A stretch of 44,941 nt of DNA from contig UYFQ01000332.1 in the NCBI GenBank assembly GCA_900617105.1, forward strand, positions 1 through 44,941. Reading direction: 5' to 3'. The notes below the pieces were generated by a model that saw only the letters and a program-made list of their open reading frames with translations, did no database searches and was not told the origin of the DNA. Positions within the stretch are counted from its first letter, which is position 1. Every line of letters starts with the position of its first letter. Shown here one piece after another: positions 1-11,111 of the stretch. The translations under genes and the position numbers were made by a program. Origin of the DNA: Hydrurus foetidus. Taxonomy: Eukaryota.

Positions 1-1933
1 GCAAGGTTGGCCTCCGATACAATGGATGTGATCATGCGACTGATCCATGTAGTAGTTGAAGTTTCATCGCATGTGATGCGGATGCCGACGAACTCTTTGG
101 AGGTCGCGTCGGTGGCTTCGTACTTATGGGAGGTAAATGCAGCGATGAGGAGATCCCATTAGCTAATGAGTGCAAGTGGTCCGAACCACCTGAAGTCGTC
201 TGAGTGTGCTATCAGTATCAGGGTTGACCTTGGACCCACTTAAAGAAGAACTTTAAGTCCCACGGTGTGTTTTCGTATCCACATTCGCGTACACATTTGT
301 CGAATTCTTTTGAGAAATTCTGGCCTGCTGGCGGAAAACCGTAGAGGTTGCCAATGGCTTTGAAGCATGTGCCAAAAGGTGTGGTGTAACCTTGAGGTGT
401 CTTGATGTGAACGGGAAAGTCGGGGTTAGCGAGTGTGATTAAGTAGGCGCCTACTAAATCTCCTCCCCGCATGGATAATTTGTAGGTAGCGGTTATGAGG
501 AGTGCAATCTTGATCGAAGATGCATTGACATTACCGCAGTATACTGCGTAGGGGTCGAAGTCGACCCAGGGTATCATGAGATCACCACGACCTACGAGGC
601 GGGCCTTCTTGGTGCCGTCAGTCTTGATACTAAAGAGCCGCATCATTGGTACGAGGTGCTGGCCGGTGAAGGGGACAGACCTGAAGCATTTATTGACTTC
701 AAACTTAGTTCGCTCAGTGTTGATGGCCTGTTCCCACTCTGGGTACTGTATTGCGGTCCAGAAGTCTTTGGGGATGTATGGATCCTTGATTTGGACTGCT
801 ATGTTGTAGTGCAGGACACGGAAGAGGTGAACAGGGAAGCATGTGGAAGAACTGGTGTATGTAGACCAGTATATCATGTCATCGTTGACTGAGTGATCTG
901 TCTCAGGGACAGGGGTTATATAGTCGGGGTCGATAAGGGGTGCAGGTGAGGGGAGGCCGGGTAGGTCGACTCGCTCAGGCACCACAATAGGGTCATTAGT
1001 GTTATCAGTATAGAAGAGGGACGGGATAGGGCGAAGGCTCCTGTCGGTAGAGACAGCCAGCATATCGAAGATGACATCCTCACTGACTCGGACAGTACCG
1101 TAGATATTCTTGGGTAGTATTTCTAATACTAAATATTGTGGTATTAGTATAGATGTAAAACTATAACCAACGAACCGAGCACGGTATGCACGAGGTGACC
1201 CAACTTTACTTTTCTGATCTTTGGGTGCGTGCTTGACATAGCAGGGTGCCCAGAATGGTCGAAGCATCCTGATGTCCACGTGTTGCCCAGAAGTGAAGTG
1301 ATACGGAGAAGTACCAATACGCTTGTTAAGGTTAAAGGAATGAGTAACACATGCATAGGACATTGCAAGGTCCCAGAACTTCATTGGCACATGCGGAACA
1401 GGGGTTATCATGGCAACGTTTGTCTTGAGAGCTACAATGCCGACTGCTCGCTCAGCGATGCCGTTGGCATGTTTGTCACGAGGTGCAGTGTGCTCAAGTC
1501 GGTATCGGTATCGGGCGCAAAGCGCAGTAAATTCTTCAGATCGGTAGTTGGCCTCTGGGTCATGCCGGATGAAGCGATCAACCCCAGGGGTATTGTGGTT
1601 CCATTGGGGGGTTAGGTCGAAGAAGGCTGCAATGCGGGCACAGAGTTCAGAGGCGGACCGGTCTTTGTATATACAGGATAGTAATGTGATGCGAGTCGGA
1701 GATGGGTAATAGGCATCCAAGGAGAACTGCTGGCCGACAAGGGTAGTGGTGTCTCTGTGAATGCGACGATAGTCTGTGGATGCTTGACGCATTGCGCCAT
1801 GGGCGCATCCAGGACAGACCGGACGGGAGGTGTGTGCATCTTTGGTGGTGAAGCGAGCATTGAGGGAATGATCGTGGTGCCATGCCATGCCTAGAAGACC
1901 GGGGTGGCCTGTGGCTTGATGAACGTGGTGCAC
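1..1933 (-). pseudogene. Copia-A pol: integrase and reverse transcriptase, frameshifted near 220
   Basis: ORF 218..1933 has HQATGH...CPGC (integrase zinc finger), RHDPEANY and ANGIAERAV (integrase core), and KKARLVGRG and LYGFPPAG (copia RT). After a 1-nt shift the frame continues ILIAHSDDFRWFG (HSDD at 195-206). Confidence 0.9.
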
Positions 1934-3939
1934 CGGAACGGATAATCTGGGCGGACCTTCACTCAGGTTTGGAATTTAAGAAAATGGTCGAATACCCGTG
2001 TAAATATCTTGAAATTCAAAAATTCAAAATAACTACCGCTGTTACCAGCGCTGCGCAGTCTCTCAAGAGATGCCAATCTAGCAACATTCTCTGCATCATT
2101 TTGCTCCCCAGAACCTAGTTGCTACAATGGCTAACCTCAATGCTGTTATAGCTGCTTATGAGTCACTTCAGCGCTGTCGTTTTGAGCCCCATGTCTCAGT
2201 TCTAGTGACCGGAGATGGAAGAATAACCATACCTGCAATTGACTTTTTGTCGTTTGGAGGAATCGTAGAGAACATGTTACTCAATGATTTTGTAAAATTC
2301 ATTAAGAGAGACAAATTGACTACGGCGTTTCGTTTGCTGCTAGATCTCGACTGGGGCACTTCACCTGGTGGCATCAATTGCAAGCTGTCTTTCAACTTGT
2401 TGGTGTCACTTTCTGATGTTCACAAGTTACGGAGGAGGGAGCCCATACCAGTCATCACGCCTGCTCCAGCGTCAATACTACTATTGGCCGATGCAAACAA
2501 TCTGAACGGGGGGGGTGGTGCAACGAGAATTCAATCTCAATTTGATGATTGAAAGTGACTTCGCTGCTATGAATGTCAAGATCCCACCTTCTATAAAGAG
2601 GAGACTCTCGAAGAAGGGAAAACGAAAGAGAAAACGAATTATTTAATACTTCAGAACCGTCTCATTAATTTCGTGTAACACACGCATTTTATGTACATTA
2701 AACTTATTCTGATCATTTTGTATTCATATTCACTATATTTGCTGCATCCTCTGCAGCTCTAATGCTTTAAGACAGCACTAAGAAGCGTACAGAGGACACT
2801 TGACTTGATATGGATCCGAAGCAGGAGCTCTGATTACTGTGATCCAGGCTCTACAAAACCATTATAGTTATAGTGCGGCATTAATTAGTCACCGTGATTG
2901 AGCGAATATAAATTGCAACGACAGTCAAACTGTGAATGAAATTTGATGGACATCATTGACAATCGATCTCAGAAGTAAAGTTGAGCAGCGACATTATCAC
3001 AGTGCGAGTAGATGACGGGAATAATTAAATATCAGGACACTATAACCGAGAATAAGCACCACACAGATGAATTGATGATAAACGGAAGGAGCGCTATGCA
3101 TTTGACGTCAGGTGAAATTAACAGAATTAAATGATGCTTACAATGCTTAACCTGTCGCGATACTGACTCCATCTCGCTGTCCTCCAACGATGACAGTCTC
3201 CATCAAACATTGGGGATAAAACTTGGCAATATTGACGACCAATATCTGCTATAGGTAATCAGGAAAGAATCTGAGGACTTCTTCCTTCCGGTTCAATCAT
3301 CTTTGATACCTGCGAGTCATGTATGCGAGAGATTGTGAGGCAAATCAATAGATTTCGATGCGAGTTGGGTCATCGCAAAATTTTAATTTCCACCCCAATA
3401 TTTTTGCGGAGTGAAAATGAACTTTTAACAGCTGTGAAGCACCCATCTAAAGTTGAAATAGTCGAAACTTACCATAGTGATCAAGGAAATTGAAACGAGA
3501 CTCCAGGAGGAGGAGTCTTCCGGAAGGGAGACCTCACTGTATCGTAGATTCCACTGTCATACGCAACGGTGATAAATTCGTAAGCGACAATTAATTCTGG
3601 TTAGAATTCGTAAGCGAACATTTAATTGTTACAAAACAGGTCATTTGTAGTCTTTCTCTTGAAGGACGTGAGGCTGCGAAGAGGAATACCTGACAATCTG
3701 ACCACAAAAAAAATGGCAGTTCGATGGAATCTGCCCCAGCAGAAAATCTCAGCGACTATAGCTTCAAATTTGCTGAAAATCAGCAGAGGTTGTCGATGAT
3801 GATCGACAACTTGCAACTGGAGCCGCTGAGCGTCCAATTCTGTGGAGAATTGATGCCGCAGGCTCTTATTGATATGTTTTCGATAATCGACATTTCCAAT
3901 CCTTATCTTACCGTAAATCCGCCCAGATTACCCGTTCCG
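1934..3939. mobile_element. TIR-bounded, apparently non-autonomous DNA transposon inserted in Copia-A
   Basis: CGGAACGGATAATCTGGGCGGA (1934-1955) is matched by an inverted copy at 3918-3939 (21/22). GTGCAC flanks both sides (1928-1933, 3940-3945). Removing the insert restores the copia frame ...LVTHYTPVH|HVHQATGH. Confidence 0.85.
2127..2646 (+). CDS. Hypothetical protein carried by the TIR element (141 aa as given; about 172 aa with a basic C-terminus if the G8 run at 2508-2515 is G7)
   Basis: ATG ORF 2127..2552. A 1-nt shift in the G run continues VVQREFNLNLMIESDFAAMNVKIPPSIKRRLSKKGKRKRKRII* to 2646. No recognisable transposase motif. Confidence 0.45.
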
Positions 3940-3945
3940 GTGCAC

Positions 3946-6719
3946 GGGAGTATAGTGTGTGACCAAAAGACTCTCCCGAGTGGTTGGTCAGTAGGGAGTC
4001 TCCACGTAGAGGCCGTTCCACGGGTGACCTCCTTCCATGCTGAGCTACCAGTGCAATGTAGGGAAGGGCTGATGCAGTCTCATAAAAGCGGAAGTCTTTA
4101 TGAGAAGATGCCGATGAAGTGGTCGTTGGTGACACCGCCAGCGCAGAACTGGGAGACAGAGACAAGGGTGCTGTCGCCTAGTGCAGGGAGAAGGAGTGTG
4201 CTAAGCTCCAACGGTCCGAGGCTGCCTTGGTGTGATGGTGTCATGGACGGACCAAATGCAGCGATGACTGTGACGGATGTGCTGACAGGTTCAATGCTGG
4301 TAAGACGTTGGGAGCGGCCGGTGCCAGAGCGTGAAGCACCAGAGTCGAAGATGACCTTGTCGGGGACGTGGAACGAGTTGAGTCTCTCATGTTGGGACTT
4401 GACGACGACAGTGGTGAACTTAGAGTCGGAGGTACCGCCGGAGGGTGCAGGAGGGCGAGCTGATGCAAGCGGAGGGCGAGTACTGTTGAAGGCATGGCGG
4501 ACATTTGTCGAGCGTTGAGATTCGACTGGTGGAGTCATTCTTTGGCGCTGGGCACGAGGGAACGTGAACAGTGAGTCGGATGCAAGTGGTTGCGCGGCTT
4601 GCCAACGTTTGAGTGACCCGGTAAGAGGGTCAGAGGGTGTCGATGGAACAGGTGGTAGCGGAGTATTGAACTCCGGAAGCGTAGGGGGAATCGATGTTGA
4701 CGGTGAGGCGGAAGAGGATGCTGACGAGGACGAGGTGTCTTGACGCTTAGTGTCCCCTTGAGCCTGGTCCTTCTGGAATGCGATGCCGCGCTTCCTGGCG
4801 TTGTACCGCTGAAGTTCCATGGATGCGTCCGGTGGTACCCATGGGGATGCGTCGGATGGAGGGACCATGAGACGTGTTACGGCTCCATGTAGGTAGTTAA
4901 CATAAGAGAGGGCGCATCGAGGGCCACTGATGTTATGAGTTGGACAGGACATGTTGTACGGGAGGAAACAGATGGAGTCTTCGACAGAGGATTCTGAATC
5001 GCTCTCATAGTTCCGCAAAGTGTATCGTTTACGTATGTTCTGTGGGGCTGTAGATGCTGCGAGGTCCCTGGCGAGAGATACTGTGCGGTAGTGTGACTCG
5101 GTGGGTTCAACAGGATCAGGTCCGACGAAGAGGCTGTTGGGTGTAACATGAAAGGCGTCGGGTAGGACATGCTGGATGACGACTCGAATGGCTTGGATGA
5201 ATGACTCGTTCGATCCAGTTCGTGTCATAAGACCGTCAACGTGTGCATCAACTTCCGTGAGCATGAGTATGCGAAGGGTGGGAATGTTGTGCCAGGAGTT
5301 GCCGGGTGTATTGGCATATCGGGCAAGCTGGGCTGCGACCCAGGAGGCACAGTCGTATATCAGGACACTTTCAAATATGGCCATATGGTCTGGACTGATC
5401 TGGTCGTTGAGGTACAGAGCAGTGTGGATCAGGAAGTAAAAGAAAATGTTCCCGACTGTGGACTGATAGGTGGCGATGTCTTCAATCAAGGTTGGATTGA
5501 AGGTGCGGTAGTGCCCTGGGTCATACTCAAGATTGGGTGGAGTCGGCGGCTCAGTGTTGGCGAGCAGCAGGTTGCGAGCAATCTTGTGGATGAGGTTCAT
5601 ATACCGAGAGTATCCGTCTCTGACATCAGCGCGGCAGTTGCTGAGGGTGGTTGGGGATACCCAGCCGAAAATAGCGAGGTATATATGGGGCGCCGTTGTA
5701 GGAGATCCAGGCAAAGCGGGACGTCTCATATAGATGATGAAGTCATTTGCAGAGAGGGGCTGCTGATGAATGCGGTGGTGGACCACAGTGTAGTACTGAA
5801 GGATGTACGTGGAGCATTGTCGGCAGATACCCTGGAAGACAGTGGAGGAGGTGACTTCGTCATTGGTGAGGAAGGCCCAGGTACGTGTGAAGGCATCGAC
5901 TTCTTCTTGCATTGGGGTCCCATATGTTGGCGAAGATATGTTCTGATGGCGCGGTGTGTCCCATGCTGTAGCATTCTCTGGTGCGACAGGAGTCGGGGGG
6001 GTACCCAGGACTACTGGGGTAGATGCTGGTTGAGTATGTTCGGAACGTACGTACGGTCGGAGCATTAAGGGAGAGGCGACATTAGAAGATGGACGAGTTG
6101 GAGATCGCAGTGGTGAGTGTCCTGATGGAGAGAGTCCTGGCGGAAGTGCTAACTCGAGAGGAGGATTAGACGGTGTATCCGGAGGAGGTGCTGGGTCAGT
6201 GTCGGTGACTCGGAACATATTGAGGGAGAAGCGCACATACCCGGAGGGTTCGGCGTTATCCAAAAGCGTGTTGTTCTGCCAGCCGTCGTCAGGGTTGATG
6301 TTGGGTCCGTTGGTAAGAAGCTTCATGGGGACGTTGCTCTTGAGGTAAGGGACACGGCCATCGATACTCGTCACTGGGAAGGTCTGCTTGGGGGGATACT
6401 TGCCCTTGGCTTTGGTCCAGTTCTTGTCTGTGACTGGAGCGGATCCAGGTGGGGCAGGAGGTGGTGTTTTGCCAGAGGGAGATGTCGCTGCCGGAGGATT
6501 AGCAGGAGCATGATAGTATTTGCACTTGTTACCGAGAAGGCAGGTACCAGCGAGGAACTTGCGGCAGGTTTCAGGGGTAGTGGATAAAGCAGCTATCTTG
6601 ACCGGCTTGTCTTGTAGGATGGCATACTCGGAATAGACTAGGTTTTGGGGCGATGGTCGTTCATGAAGGCGTTGTGAAGGAATTGAAGGCGCTCCTGCTC
6701 GGTGCTCGGCCTGGCCTGG
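3946..6719 (-). pseudogene. Copia-A gag C-terminus (CCCH finger), long unassigned region, aspartic protease and linker
   Basis: The frame of ORF 4098..6374 stays open upstream through CRKFLAGTCLLGNKCKYYH (6510-6566). The protease motif VIFDSGASRSGTG lies near the ORF end, followed by frameshifted NGLY linker remnants at about 4020-3946. Confidence 0.8.
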
Positions 6720-7581
6720 CCTGGGCGTACTCGAATTCTGTCATCAACGTTGTAAACCTCACTAAATCCTCTTGAAAACAAGTAGCCGTAGAGCCCTTGA
6801 AGTTTTGTAGAAGCCGCCGGAGTCGGTTGATGTCTGCTTCAGTATGTCCGTAGTAGTGCTTGTGTATACGTTTATAAATAGCGATCCCATCGCGAGAGGT
6901 AAAGGCATCGGCACATAGATAGTGGGTAGACTCGCTGAAAGCGTTTAACATGACGTTGTATAAACGTTTCTTGTCGTGGGCCCATCGTGTGACATCGTCG
7001 GCAGGGACATAGTTGAATGTTCCATCAAGATTCTCCGACGTTGTAGGCTCCGAGTATCCTGATGGGTTGTGCCTCGTTGGGATTGGCTCGCGACGCGTGC
7101 CCATCGCCATTGGGTAGAGTCCAACGACGTGGAGCATGTTGTCGAGAGCTTTGAACCGCTTGTTAGATCCCACAGTCGTTGTGGAGATCTGGTTTTGCTT
7201 GATGCTATCCATTTCGGAAGAGGTCGTCAGAACGAGATCGAGTTTTAGCCGTTTGAGCTCCAAAACGGATTCCAAAGCGGCATTATATGATAGCCCACTT
7301 GCTGAAACTTCTGCCGAAGTTTGGCGCGGTGGCGTGGCTTCCTCTGCATGGGAGCCTCGTCGAGGTCGGTTTGGTGTGGAGATATTTTGCCGATTTGCCG
7401 TCGAGCTGGTGACCAAATTTTGAGTTTGGGCTCTTATGGCCTCGGCGACACGTTCATCGAACTCTGCGAGGGTCATGGAGAGCATGCGCGGCAGCTGGGC
7501 TCGGCTGGGAGTCTCTAGCCCAGTTGGGTCATGGTATTCCTCGTTGATTTGGTCTGTGTTGTCGGACGATCGTAGCATCAT
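6640..7581 (-). pseudogene. Copia-A gag N-terminal part
   Basis: ORF 6661..7662, with first ATG at 7581, lies just downstream of the PBS. DGIAIYKRIHKHYYG resembles the copia gag motif. A short CCTGG duplication near 6710-6725 shifts the frame (probable true reading EYAQARPSTEQERLQFLHNAF). Confidence 0.75.
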
Positions 7582-7659
7582 GGCCGACTTGAGATATCTG
7601 TTGTGATGAGATACCGTTGATATATTGATACTATATCGATGATTGCTGAACTTTCTATG

Positions 7660-7671
7660 CAATCGCTACCA
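7660..7671 (-). promoter_or_regulatory. Primer-binding site of Copia-A (initiator tRNA-Met type)
   Basis: Minus strand reads ...GACTCACA|TGGTAGCGATTG. TGGT complements tRNA 3' ACCA, and a TGGTAGC start is typical of iMet PBSs. Confidence 0.75.
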
Positions 7672-8115
7672 TGTGAGTCAGACTGTGGAGTGAAGCGAGC
7701 TACCTGTTGGCTGCGGAAGCGCAAAGGAAAGACTGGCTGATGGAAGTGGTCTCGGAAGACGTGTTTACTTACAACGATCAAGTAGTAAAACAACTGGCGA
7801 TGATATCAGAGAAGACAACCATCAAAGAAGCAAAGCAAAGCATCCATTGTGCATGAAATGGTGATCGCCGAAGTGGAAATATATTTAGCGAATATTCAAG
7901 TTGGCGATTGAGCAATGGGCGGAACCCTCGCTGCTCATGAAATCGGATGCTTGGTGGAAACCGGATACCTGGTGGAAATCCGGATGCTTGGTGGTGAAAA
8001 ACCGGATGCTTGGTGATGGCCCCGAAGGGGGATATCGCTAGAAGAACGATGAGCGTATGTACACAACAGTGTATGGCGGTGTTTTGGGTGAGGAAGCGCT
8101 ACACTACTTGTGACA
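7672..8115 (-). repeat. Putative 5' LTR of Copia-A
   Basis: Ends in CA directly before the PBS. Candidate start TGTCAC at 8115. Contains a tandem repeat. Partner LTR is not in the window. Confidence 0.5.
7939..8015. repeat. Four tandem ~18-22-bp units, consensus GAAA(T/C)CGGATGCTTGGTG
   Basis: Units at 7939-7956, 7957-7974, 7975-7993 and about 7996-8015. Confidence 0.85.
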
Positions 8116-8140
8116 TGTGAATGCTAATCTACAGATGAAA

Positions 8141-8458
8141 CTATGCTAACAGATCATGCATGAATATGCTGGACTGACAAAGATAGAAGAGGCCTTGGGC
8201 GTTGAAACCATTGGAATAGTTGTAGATCCAACTGTTGATTTCGGTTGGGAGACCAACAGCCTCCTGATTTTGAAGGGCTAATTCCACCTCGTCTAGAAAA
8301 TCACTATTTGGATTTTTTAAAGGAGGAATTGCTCCTGTCCTAGATCTTGTAACTGCTTTGATCAGAGTTCTGAACGGATGTGTGAGAAGGTCGGCGAGAG
8401 CCAGCGGCGAGTCTGTGTTGGACAGCTCGAACTCGTCTTCAGATCCATAATCACTCAT
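8141..8458 (-). CDS. 105-aa hypothetical ORF downstream of a second PBS, possibly the first ORF of another copia-related element
   Basis: ATG ORF MSDYGSEDEF... starts about 60 nt after ...CTTACA|TGGTATCGATTG. Confidence 0.4.
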   Translation of the reverse strand: MSDYGSEDEFELSNTDSPLALADLLTHPFRTLIKAVTRSRTGAIPPLKNPNSDFLDEVELALQNQEAVGLPTEINSWIYNYSNGFNAQGLFYLCQSSIFMHDLLA

Positions 8459-8519
8459 GAAAGTTGAGGAAGGAAATTCAGAATCCTGGAATCCACGGCA
8501 ATCGTTTAATCACTGTAAA

Positions 8520-8531
8520 CAATCGATACCA
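8520..8531 (-). promoter_or_regulatory. Second PBS-like site following an LTR-like end
   Basis: CAGTCTTACA|TGGTATCGATTG versus CAGTCTGACTCACA|TGGTAGCGATTG at 7660-7685; PBS identity 11/12. Confidence 0.6.
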
Positions 8532-8867
8532 TGTAAGACTGAATACAAGATGGCACCTTCTAGCGTTCGCAGCGAAGGTGGAGAAGCAGCTGCAGGCTAC
8601 TGTCTCAATTCAGTGAGCTATCGAGTAGACGAAGCTGTGAAGTACAACGTATTAAATTCTGATTAGAGTTTACAGATAGCCACGCAAAAGAGCTATCGGA
8701 ACAGTTCATGACAATGAAACTACCTTGAGACAAAGTTCACAGCGAGATGTGTTGTTCATAGCATGTGCTTGAGGAACGTTGCATGAATGCTTATAGTAAC
8801 GAAGTGTTTTGGCGATACTGAAGAATCATGAAAAGCGAACGTTCATTTGCGTGAGGTCAGAGGGTTC

Positions 8868-9230
8868 GTACTAACTGTTACATGGCGATAGTACAGGTGT
8901 ACGTATGCATGTATATGTATATGAACGTACATGCGTGAGTACTAACTATATGGCGATATTATAGGTGTACGTATGCATGTATATGTATAAGAACGTACAT
9001 GCGTAAGTACAGGGGCACTTACGAATATACGCCTATACATCTATGTACTACGCTACAGGCGATCGTACATACGTATATATTGTATATGTACGTACATGTG
9101 TAAGTACGTGTGTGTACGTATGCATAAATGAGTATGCACTAACATGTGTAAGTACGTGTGTACGTGTGCATGTTATCATATCTATATGTGTAAGTACGTT
9201 CGTACGTGCCGCATAACGTACATATATATA
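8868..9230. repeat. Alternating purine-pyrimidine-rich composite repeat
   Basis: Two ~70-bp tandem copies (8868-8940, 8941-9010), then three copies of ATGTGTAAGTACGT and many TACGTA/GTAC/TGCA palindromes. Confidence 0.8.
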
Positions 9231-9263
9231 TTTGTAACTATATTTGCAACTATATTACTACAG

Positions 9264-9639
9264 ACATAGCTTGATAGAATCAAGTGGTCTGATACAAACC
9301 TACAAATCCAGGCTGATAATGCAGCAAAATTGTCAGAGAAAGTGATGAAAAAAGGGAAAGTATAAAAAAAAGCAGGCAAAGGAGTCTAAATTCGAACCTC
9401 AAGTACAGTCTGAGAAAATAGCGAGTATCACATTGATAGCAGCAGACCTTATATCGAAAGTCTCTACTAAAGAGGAGAAGGACATTAGAATTGAAACCTC
9501 TGCAACAGTCACTCACGTCACTATCAATGGCGTTACTTTTCCTCTTCAAGCTGCGAAGACCGTCTGGACAACAGTCGAGACACTCGACCTGATTAAGGTG
9601 CTCTGCAACTCACCAACTAGCAAAATTGACGCCGTCTAA
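9264..9639 (+). pseudogene. Truncated Myb/SANT-like ORF, probable Harbinger accessory gene
   Basis: ORF 9433..9639 has WTTVETLDLIKVL (W-T-x-x-E-T-x-x-L-I, first helix of Myb/SANT-like domains) and then stops. It is convergent with the Harbinger transposase. Confidence 0.45.
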
Positions 9640-10907
9640 TAGACATTATAAACGATCACTCTAATGCAAATATTGTGCAGCACGCAAGCACAAAGGATTA
9701 ATTGTGGTATCACACGTGTGCTCTTGGCTATAGAGTGCTGATGCAAGCGCCTCAATTTCATTTTTAACAGTCCAAACGCATTCTCAACTATGCAACATGC
9801 GCTACTTCTTCTGGTGTTGAATGAGTTCTCCAACTGATTGACAGCTGGATAGTCAGGTGCTATAAAGTGTTTCCTCTTGTGAAAGCCACCGTCCGATAGA
9901 ATCATGAAAGGCAGCGGGAACAATGCCTCGTCTCTTCTGAGGAAGAGGAATCGGGATCTTGAAACAGACTCATTATCCGATGTGTTGCAGGCCATCGAGC
10001 ATCGGCAAAATTGAAACGCTTCCTATGGTCGCAAATTACCATAAGGTTCAAAGAGTACGCCTTCTTTCTCTTACACCAGAATTCCCTGGGAATATAACTT
10101 ACGGAAATGGTGCGGAAATTTGGATTATACTACCATCAATTGAACCACACAAATAAGGAATATTGCATTTACTGAAAAACCATTGAGCAGCCTCCTTACG
10201 ACCTACCTCCAATGGGAAAGATATTTTAGGGTAAGGGCATCCTTGGTACCAAAATGCAGATAGAAGTGCTTTGTACCCACGATCTATTCGCCTGCTTACA
10301 CAGGGTTGCCGGACTCCGAATTGCTTCCCCAGTGTATGCCGGTCACTTTGAATCGCCAAGTATCTGATCAGCGTGGCCATCATTACTTTGCTTCGTAGGT
10401 AACGAAATCGAGCCGACTTCATAGACTATATTGGCGAGGAAAGAGGAAAGGCACACAATCGCGAGCGATTACGTTGAATGTCGCCTGAGACATTCTATAC
10501 TCTTAATACTAATCCTCTCCGCAACCTCGGTAAATATCCCAAAACGGCTGTTCTGACTTTTTACTTGAGTCAATGCAGAACATGTCTATCGCAAGAATTC
10601 TACCCCACATGTCCTGCTGAAACTTGCTTTCATGCTGGAATGCAACCTCCACTTCGCCATCTTCGTCGAAAAAATCTCTGAAACCGATTCCGCTGTAGGC
10701 TGTGCACTCGCAGGGAATAGGATCACCCTTTTTTGCACAGATGAATAGCTGCATCACTGTTATCATTCCGATTATTACACTAATGAGACGTTTTCTGAAG
10801 CCGTTGCCAACATTAGCGTTTTCTGCTTCATCTGGAACTTCATCGCCTGCGACTACAATTTCAGCGTCTCGATTTCTCTATCTTGCGTCTCGATTTTCCA
10901 TTTGCAT
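9636..10907 (-). pseudogene. PIF/Harbinger DDE transposase (HARBI1/DDE_Tnp_4-like), multiply disrupted
   Basis: Fragments YRMSQATF, IRYLA...QFGVRQPCVSR, GSIDGSII, LSDGGF, FNTRRSSACCIVENAFGLLK and ILCACVLHNICI, spread across several frames with stops. Confidence 0.9.
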
Positions 10908-10974
10908 TCGATGAGCTAAATAGGCACAGATCACAGAAGAGACTTCTCTGAGATATAATTGAAGATTATAGCTG

Positions 10975-11111
10975 TGTGATGGTACAGGATTTAGTACCAC
11001 ATTCCTACCCTTCGTAGTACCGTATAGCCGTTTGTACATGTGGCTGAGAGTCCTTCTGACATCTCGCAGCTTGTTAGCTTACCTTACAACTCTTGCATGC
11101 AGAGTTTTACA
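10975..11111 (+). repeat. Gypsy-1 5' LTR
   Basis: TGTGATGGTAC...GAGTTTTACA, identical by eye to 17584-17720. Confidence 0.9.

Larger units (their letters stand above)
1..8115 (-). mobile_element. Copia-A: degraded Ty1/copia LTR retrotransposon, 3' part runs off the window start
   Basis: Minus-strand order is LTR-like end (...CTCACA), PBS TGGTAGCGATTG, gag, protease (VIFDSGAS), integrase, RT, which is the copia domain order. The outer LTR boundary (TGTCA at 8115) is tentative because the second LTR is outside the window. Confidence 0.85.

Noticed and set aside
3724..4518. 264-aa plus-strand ORF, and 5241..6068 (275 aa)
   Set aside because: Antisense shadows of the Copia-A frame. The first crosses the insertion junction, so it cannot predate it.
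7939..8015. CRISPR-like array, or a link to the AAGCATCCGGATT motif at the Copia-B/C LTR ends
   Set aside because: The units are contiguous with no spacers and there are no cas genes. The 13-14-nt match to the other LTRs has no flanking similarity and may be chance.
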